From positions 1 to 31,155 of the IMG/VR virus record IMGVR_UViG_2548876865_000016: a stretch of DNA of 31,155 bases; one strand, given 5' to 3'. Below are positions 26,074 to 31,155 of the stretch, piece after piece; the stretch's first letter is position 1; each line of letters opens with the position of its first letter. The notes below the pieces were generated by a model. The model was given only the letters and a program-made list of their open reading frames with translations, was not told the DNA's origin and did no database searches. The translations under genes were made by a program, and so were the position numbers. Source of the stretch: a virus. Taxonomy: Duplodnaviria > Heunggongvirae > Uroviricota > Caudoviricetes.

Positions 26074-27038
26074 CAGAAGAGCACCTCGTCAGCCGTTCCA
26101 CCCCACACGGAATAACCAGCACAAGGGCCGCAGTCAGGGCAGCACCCACCACCGGCACGGCGACAAGTCGCGCAGACTTTGAGGACGCCGATCACTTCAC
26201 TGGCGGCCCCTCTGGTAATGGCGTTCGCGCTAACAGAACGGTTAACGCTGATTTCCTGGAAGTTGAAACAGCGATAAATCTCGCGGGTGACTGGGGTGTC
26301 GCTATTGGACAGGATCACCGGCGAACCAGTAAGGCGGTTAATATCCAGCAGGGCGGCAGCTAACTGGCGATGTTCTTTAATGCCAAACGGGGCTGTGTGA
26401 TATTGGGTGAAATTAGCTGTTTCGCTTGTTGGCAGGTATGGCGGATCGCAGTAGATAACCGCGTCACTACCAATCATGATTTTTAACGTGCTCTGGAAAT
26501 CGCAGCACACGAAAATGGCTTTCGTGTCGTTAGCTTTTTCAGAGAATAAACGGATCTGTTCTTCCGGGAAGTAAGGCGGGGTTTTGTGACGCCCAAAGGG
26601 AACGTTATATCCACCCTGTTGGTTGTAGCGTACTACGCCGTTATATCCGTGACGGTTCAGGTAAAGAAATTGTGCTGCACGAAGAATCTTGCCCGCGTCC
26701 GGCCCATCTTCAAACACACTGCGCAATGACAGTAGGTCACGTGCGCGGGCGTTGAAATCATCGCGGATCCACTTATAGCCGTCTTTATCGCCGTACACTT
26801 TAAACAGTGGGCGAGCAGCGTCGATCACCGCATCAGGCCAGCGGGTTATCTGGCGATACAGGTTAATTAAATCTGGGTTGATATCACCCAGGATATAACG
26901 GCGATATTCAGTATTGAGGAAAACAGAAGCACCGCCGACAAACGGTTCCACCAGGCAATCGGCTTTCGGCAGAATCGGCAGCAAATCAGGCATAACGCGG
27001 CCTTTACCACCGGGCCATTTAACGAGAGATCGAATCAT
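26073..27038 (-). CDS. dam: DNA N6-adenine methyltransferase (Dam-like), with a Cys-rich C-terminal extension
   Basis: 321 aa; SAM-binding motif EPFVGGASVF and catalytic DPPY; C-terminal ~40 aa CATCRRAGGGCCPDCGPC. Confidence 0.85.
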   Translation of the reverse strand: MIRSLVKWPGGKGRVMPDLLPILPKADCLVEPFVGGASVFLNTEYRRYILGDINPDLINLYRQITRWPDAVIDAARPLFKVYGDKDGYKWIRDDFNARARDLLSLRSVFEDGPDAGKILRAAQFLYLNRHGYNGVVRYNQQGGYNVPFGRHKTPPYFPEEQIRLFSEKANDTKAIFVCCDFQSTLKIMIGSDAVIYCDPPYLPTSETANFTQYHTAPFGIKEHRQLAAALLDINRLTGSPVILSNSDTPVTREIYRCFNFQEISVNRSVSANAITRGAASEVIGVLKVCATCRRAGGGCCPDCGPCAGYSVWGGTADEVLF

Positions 27039-27108
27039 TTTTACTTTCTCCAGGGTGCAAGAAGCCCGACGCGTTAGCGCCTGTTTCTTTTTTGTGGGTA
27101 GTTAGTTG

Positions 27109-27498
27109 TTAATTTACTGCGTTATCTGGCGCGGGTGGTTTGTCGCGTATCGCCTGAATTTCGGCGCGTGGTGCGGCGTAGTCCTCAAATTCCCACGGCA
27201 TTGATGCTGCAAATTCGGAAAGGCGCTTAATGCCCATCAAAAGGCACGTTTGCTCCTTTTCGGTTAGATTTTCGTAAGTACAACCCAGTTGTTTGGCGGT
27301 CAGCTTCGGCATTCCGACTATGTATCTGGACGCATCGTTTGCCAGGATGAAAATCACCTTTTTGCAGGCATCATCCAGGCGGTTAAAACGGGTTGCAGTG
27401 TCATTCACGCGTGAGGCGTTCAAACTTGCTTGCAGCCGCGCCCGTTGCTCTAAGAACTGGCGGCGACCTAGCTGTTGTTCTGTCTTATCCATCAACAT
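27109..27498 (-). CDS. Hypothetical early-operon protein (start at ATG 27498 with strong SD)
   Basis: ~129 aa; GGGGAGGTGG SD 5 nt upstream of ATG 27496-27498; function not recognised. Confidence 0.4.
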   Translation of the reverse strand: MLMDKTEQQLGRRQFLEQRARLQASLNASRVNDTATRFNRLDDACKKVIFILANDASRYIVGMPKLTAKQLGCTYENLTEKEQTCLLMGIKRLSEFAASMPWEFEDYAAPRAEIQAIRDKPPAPDNAVN

Positions 27499-27513
27499 AA
27501 CCACCTCCCCGAA

Positions 27514-27735
27514 CTACGCAAAGATGCCCATTAAGCGGGAAAACCAGCGGCGCTTATTACGCGGGCGCGACATGAACGGTACACGGCAGTTTTTAACAAA
27601 TTGAACATCTACCGCTTTCGGCTGGAAGAACCTCCCGTCCGGGGTTTCAATCCAGCCACGTTGATGCTGACGGTGGGTGATCTGCTGGCCGTGCGTGAGC
27701 AGACTGGCGAGTGAAGGGCATTGTGTTAATTCCAT
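27514..27735 (-). CDS. Small hypothetical early protein (start ambiguous; ATG 27735 has best SD, ORF track start 27807)
   Basis: Basic C-terminus (SRPRNKRRWFSRL); GGAG SD before ATG at 27733-27735. Confidence 0.3.
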   Translation of the reverse strand: MELTQCPSLASLLTHGQQITHRQHQRGWIETPDGRFFQPKAVDVQFVKNCRVPFMSRPRNKRRWFSRLMGIFA

Positions 27736-27873
27736 GTTAATCTCCGTCATATTGAAAAGATGCCGGGATACGACCCCACGCCCGGCGCGTGTTTCCTGTG
27801 ATAACATCGCTATGCCTGTGTAACTTTGAGCGGTGAATCAGGCATAACAATCACCAACACAGAAGGAGTTGTA

Positions 27874-28353
27874 ATGAAATTCAATGTATTTTTTAAAAAA
27901 GACCACGGATCACACTGGGTGCTTTCCGATGGTGCCCCCCTCTTTGAAAGTCCACTATTTGAAACAAGACCTAAAGCCATTGATGACCTTGAGAACTTTG
28001 TAGGCCTTATGGAATCGCCAATCTTTATTAAGGCTGGTGACGATATTAATTCTGGCGATACAGAAAACTGTCCATCTGTAGTTATTTCTTTAAAACAGCA
28101 TGAATCGCTATGGGGCTGGGAATTATTTATCTCAAAAAATGGACAACTGTCTAAAGTTACCGAAAATTCAGGAAATGGCTTTGACTCATTAGAATTAGCA
28201 AAGCAAAATGCCCAGTTTTTCCTTAATGCCATTATCGACGCTCCTATTCTGGATCAAGCCGATGTCGCTATCCCCGGCATGCACTTCTCAAAATCTTTCG
28301 AGGAAACGCACCACATTGGTGACACTCACCCATCTAGTAAATGGTTCAAATAA
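27874..28353 (+). CDS. Hypothetical protein with two DUF1508/YegP-like repeats (tentative), inverted relative to the early operon
   Basis: 159 aa; AAGGAG SD 7 nt upstream of ATG; repeat-like segments HWVLSDGAPLFES... and WGWELFISKNGQLSKVTENSGNGFDSLELAKQNA; AT-richer than backbone. Confidence 0.45.
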   Translation: MKFNVFFKKDHGSHWVLSDGAPLFESPLFETRPKAIDDLENFVGLMESPIFIKAGDDINSGDTENCPSVVISLKQHESLWGWELFISKNGQLSKVTENSGNGFDSLELAKQNAQFFLNAIIDAPILDQADVAIPGMHFSKSFEETHHIGDTHPSSKWFK

Positions 28354-28357
28354 TCCA

Positions 28358-28705
28358 TCACTGTGGCGTTATCGTTTTTCTTGTGCGAGGTGGTACATCT
28401 CGCACGGTTTCTTCATCAACAATCAACTCATAAACTCTGATGCTGTTATCACCTTTTGATACGTCATCAAATACCTGAAAAAGAAAACTCATGAATTGCT
28501 CATAAGTGACGCTGGGTTCAACATACCCACCAGTAACCTCAATTAATGGTGTTAGTCCTGAATTATCTGCTAACGAAACGCAGTCCAACTTATCCAAACG
28601 GAAAAAGTAATTACCGCAAGGTGTTCTTTTATCCTTAATCCGTATAAACACATTTGATAACGCTGTATGACTATCTGAGAGTTTAAAGATTTTTGCCGTG
28701 TCCAT
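28358..28705 (-). CDS. Hypothetical protein (115 aa from ATG 28705; ORF-track TTG at 28714)
   Basis: First gene downstream of cox in the early operon; AT-rich; convergent with and 4 nt from the 27874..28353 gene. Confidence 0.4.
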   Translation of the reverse strand: MDTAKIFKLSDSHTALSNVFIRIKDKRTPCGNYFFRLDKLDCVSLADNSGLTPLIEVTGGYVEPSVTYEQFMSFLFQVFDDVSKGDNSIRVYELIVDEETVRDVPPRTRKTITPQ

Positions 28706-28727
28706 TTTATTCAACCCTGTAAGTTGC

Positions 28728-29003
28728 TTATGATGGATTGCCCAGACCCAACCACATTAACCACCCTTCCCTAATTTCCTTCGGGCGGCTCTCATACGCC
28801 ATTTTCATGCCGTTGTTCCAGGCTGGAAGATAGACCCAGTACTCACCTGCCCGCCCGGAAGTTGATTGCGGATCGGTCATTTCAACTACAGGTAGCTTTC
28901 CTTTTTCAATCATCCCCTTCACCGCTGCCGGTGTTTTACCAATGAGTTTTGCGAACTCCTGATATGGGACGGCATCTGTGCTTAACGCGATCTGTTTAAC
29001 CAT
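28728..29003 (-). CDS. cox: Cox-like excisionase / early-operon regulator
   Basis: 91 aa (same as P2 Cox); divergent from C across a short switch region; ...GRAGEYWVYLPAWNNG...GWLMWLGLG... as in P2 Cox. Confidence 0.8.
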   Translation of the reverse strand: MVKQIALSTDAVPYQEFAKLIGKTPAAVKGMIEKGKLPVVEMTDPQSTSGRAGEYWVYLPAWNNGMKMAYESRPKEIREGWLMWLGLGNPS

Positions 29004-29065
29004 TTAAGGCCCTCACAAGTTTAAGAATCGTCACCAATGGCTTATAGTTGCTTTTGATGTTCATT

Positions 29066-29117
29066 TCTAAACATCAAACAGTCTACATCTAAATCAAATA
29101 GTATTGAGATCTAAACA
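29066..29117. promoter_or_regulatory. Immunity switch region with three direct repeats TCTAAA(C/T)(A/C) at exact 22-bp spacing (candidate C-repressor operator half-sites)
   Basis: Repeats at 29066, 29088 and 29110, between cox and C; P2 C is known to bind direct repeats spaced 22 bp. Confidence 0.45.
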
Positions 29118-29119
29118 CT

Positions 29120-29419
29120 ATGTCAAACGCCTTAAACGAGAAAATTGTACTCATCAGAAAGTCTGAGTATCTCAGCAGACAGCAACTTGCTGATTTAACA
29201 GGCATTCCCTATGGCACTTTAAGTTATTACGAGAGTGGTCGTTCTACACCGCCCACGGACGTAATGATGAGGATTTTGCAAATGCCCCAGTTCAGCAAAT
29301 ACACGTTGTGGTTTATGACCGATCAGGTTGCTCCCGAAGCCGGTCAGATAGCACCGGCCCTCGCACACTTTGGGCAAGATGTAACAACATCGCAGCACTC
29401 AGACCAAAAGATTGGTTAA
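29120..29419 (+). CDS. C: Immunity repressor C (P2 C-like)
   Basis: 99 aa (same as P2 C); N-terminal ...EKIVLIRKSEYLSRQQLADLTGIPYGTLSYYESGRSTPP... HTH; directly upstream of int. Confidence 0.85.
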   Translation: MSNALNEKIVLIRKSEYLSRQQLADLTGIPYGTLSYYESGRSTPPTDVMMRILQMPQFSKYTLWFMTDQVAPEAGQIAPALAHFGQDVTTSQHSDQKIG

Positions 29420-29564
29420 CCATTCATCAGGCGCATCTTTATTACAAAATTTGTTTACTTGTTGCCAAATACAACAAGCACAACAAGTTTGTGAAATCTA
29501 AGCGCAAGGGAAAATTAACAGCAGCAAAGAAAACTCAACCTAGCACCATTCATTTGGGGGTCTT

Positions 29565-30572
29565 ATGACAATTAAGAAACTCGATGATGGTCGTTATGAA
29601 GTGGATATCAGACCTGCAGGGCGCAACGGAAAGCGCATCCGCAGGAAATTTGACAAGAAAAGTGAGGCTGTAGCTTTTGAGAAACACACTCAATACAACC
29701 ATCACGATAAAGAATGGCTAGCTAAACCGACAGATAAGCGGCATCTGTCTGAATTAACAAAAGTCTGGTGGGATCTGAAAGGCAAGCATGAAGAACACGG
29801 AAAATCCAATTTGGGTAAGATTGAAATCTTTACCCGGATCACTGATGACCCTTGCGCGTTCCAGATAACCAAAGCGCTTATTAGCCAGTACAGCATGACT
29901 CGCAGAGGGCAAGGCATAAAACCGGCCAGTATTAACCGCGACCTTACCTGCCTGAGTGGTATGTTTACTGCGCTAATTGATGCGGAACTGTTTTTTGGCG
30001 AACACCCTTTCAGAGGAATGAAAAAGCTCAAGGAGCAGAAACCAGAAACAGGCTATCTGACGCAGGAAGAAATAACATTGTTACTTGCCAATCTTGACGG
30101 GGACAACAAGAAAATCGCGATCCTCTGTTTAAGTACCGGCGCTCGATGGGGTGAAGCCGCGAAACTGAAAGCTGAGAACGTAATACAGAATCGGGTGACG
30201 TTCGTTAAAACAAAGACGAACAAACCGCGCACAGTCCCTATCTCTGAGGAAGTTGCTGTAATGATTGCGGGTAAAGGTTATCTGTTCCCTGATGCCTCAT
30301 ATCCGAAGTTCAGGCGAACAATGAAAGATGTAAAACCAGATCTACCGGACGGGCAAGCAACTCACGCATTGCGTCACAGTTTTGCTACCCACTTTATGAT
30401 TAACGGCGGGAGTATCATCACCCTGCAGAGAATACTGGGACATTCACGCATAGAGCAGACAATGGTCTATGCGCACTTTGCCCCGGAGTATCTTCAGGAT
30501 GCTGTTTCACTCAATCCGCTACGTGGTGGCGTTGACTCCATGAGTGTCCACACTGTGTCCACAGTAGGGTAG
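29565..30572 (+). CDS. int: Tyrosine integrase (P2 Int-like)
   Basis: 335 aa (P2 Int 337 aa); catalytic-box residues ...HALRHSFATHF... and ...LGHSRIEQTMVYAH...; transcribed toward the att core. Confidence 0.95.
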   Translation: MTIKKLDDGRYEVDIRPAGRNGKRIRRKFDKKSEAVAFEKHTQYNHHDKEWLAKPTDKRHLSELTKVWWDLKGKHEEHGKSNLGKIEIFTRITDDPCAFQITKALISQYSMTRRGQGIKPASINRDLTCLSGMFTALIDAELFFGEHPFRGMKKLKEQKPETGYLTQEEITLLLANLDGDNKKIAILCLSTGARWGEAAKLKAENVIQNRVTFVKTKTNKPRTVPISEEVAVMIAGKGYLFPDASYPKFRRTMKDVKPDLPDGQATHALRHSFATHFMINGGSIITLQRILGHSRIEQTMVYAHFAPEYLQDAVSLNPLRGGVDSMSVHTVSTVG

Positions 30573-30653
30573 TTTATTATGGCTTTCAGTGGTCTTGCGT
30601 GCCGCGCAAACCCGCATTGCACCGCTGAAAGCCCATGTTACCTACCCTGAAAA

Positions 30654-30678
30654 ACGCCCTTACACGGGCTTATTTTTT
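30654..30678. other. Prophage attachment-site core (P2 att-core-like), integrase-proximal junction
   Basis: cgcccttacacgggcttatttttt is the reverse complement of AAAAAATAAGCCCGTGTAAGGG, matching the P2 att core as I recall it; ~80 bp after the int stop; low-GC DNA begins to its right. Confidence 0.5.
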
Positions 30679-30837
30679 TATGCATAAGCCCTATCTCTGG
30701 TAACCGTCTTCCATTGACCACATCGATAGAATCTCCCTTCATAGCACGATGCCTTTCACGTAACGGCATCGTGCTCGCACAGGTTCCGGCTAAGCACAAC
30801 CAGAACGCGCATGTTTGACGCTTACCAAAAAATATTC

Positions 30838-31155
30838 TCACTCTCCACATTTGAATGTCAGACGAGCGACGCCATGTAATCCTGCACCTTCTGTCTTCAG
30901 GTCAACTATCTGCATTTTTTTGCCCTGAGTAACACAGAAATGGGCTGCATCATTTTTTACTATATTTTCTGCACCAGATATTCTGCCCCTGGCTAAAGAA
31001 GCTTCGGCTTCGGTGTAGTATTGATTATCGAGTTTACGCTGAATATTACTTTTATATGCAAGACCAAATTTACCGATACTTGTCTCATCATTATGCACAG
31101 CACAACCAGACATAATAAAAATACTAATTAATGATATAGCAGCTATCTTTTTCAT
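30838..31155 (-). CDS. Host-flank small lipoprotein (105 aa); possibly YegR-like by size and synteny with a P2 attachment locus (unverified)
   Basis: Signal peptide plus lipobox (FIMSGC); low GC; start codon is the last three bases of the window; outside the att core. Confidence 0.6.
   Translation of the reverse strand: MKKIAAISLISIFIMSGCAVHNDETSIGKFGLAYKSNIQRKLDNQYYTEAEASLARGRISGAENIVKNDAAHFCVTQGKKMQIVDLKTEGAGLHGVARLTFKCGE

Larger units (their letters stand above)
1..30678. mobile_element. P2-family prophage; integrase-proximal end (att core) inside window, opposite end beyond the left window edge
   Basis: Contiguous P2-like modules: int/C/cox switch, replication gene A, P-Q and O-N-M-L capsid/terminase genes, long minus-strand tail array; att core match at 30654-30678; host-like low-GC flank to the right. 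Confidence 0.85.

Noticed and set aside
27810-28232. Minus-strand 140-aa ORF overlapping the 27874..28353 plus-strand gene
   Set aside because: The plus-strand ORF has a canonical AAGGAG SD at optimal spacing and repeat-like protein features; the minus-strand ORF has none and would overlap the upstream intergenic region.
30638-30850. 70-aa minus-strand ORF spanning the att core and host intergenic region
   Set aside because: Spans the attachment junction and hairpin region with no RBS or recognisable domain; more likely non-coding.
1-31155. CRISPR arrays, tRNA/rRNA genes, or an invertible tail-fibre segment (Gin/Cin-type)
   Set aside because: No regularly spaced direct repeats, no tRNA-like structure recognised by eye near the att core, no invertase gene and no inverted second fibre cassette; a proper tRNA/ncRNA scan was not possible.

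Overview
Almost the whole window is a P2-family temperate myovirus prophage (about 1..30678), followed by ~480 bp of low-GC host flank with a small lipoprotein gene. The integrase-side attachment core sits at ~30654-30678; the other prophage end lies beyond the left window edge. Right to left: int and C repressor (+); cox and an early operon on the minus strand (small ORFs, a Dam-type adenine methyltransferase, rolling-circle replication initiator A); a cargo island between A and the portal gene (MazF/PemK-like gene plus an unknown upstream partner, preceded by twin palindromes); divergent late operons (P-Q-ogr-like on +; O-N-M-L capsid genes, then tail-completion, sheath, tube, an embedded lysis cassette, frameshifted chaperone, tape measure, baseplate, tail fibre and a fused hub-spike gene on -); a 580-bp non-coding spacer; and a low-GC AbiH-family abortive-infection gene that starts exactly at position 1. 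Three AT-rich islands inside the GC-richer phage backbone (judged by eye) are the best candidates for accessory or defence cargo: the AbiH gene, the MazF-like pair, and a convergent two-gene insert next to cox. No rRNA, tRNA or CRISPR array was seen. All family calls come from motif, size and gene-order recognition by eye; no database search or structure prediction was possible, and several start codons are ambiguous because the ORF track allows GTG/TTG starts.
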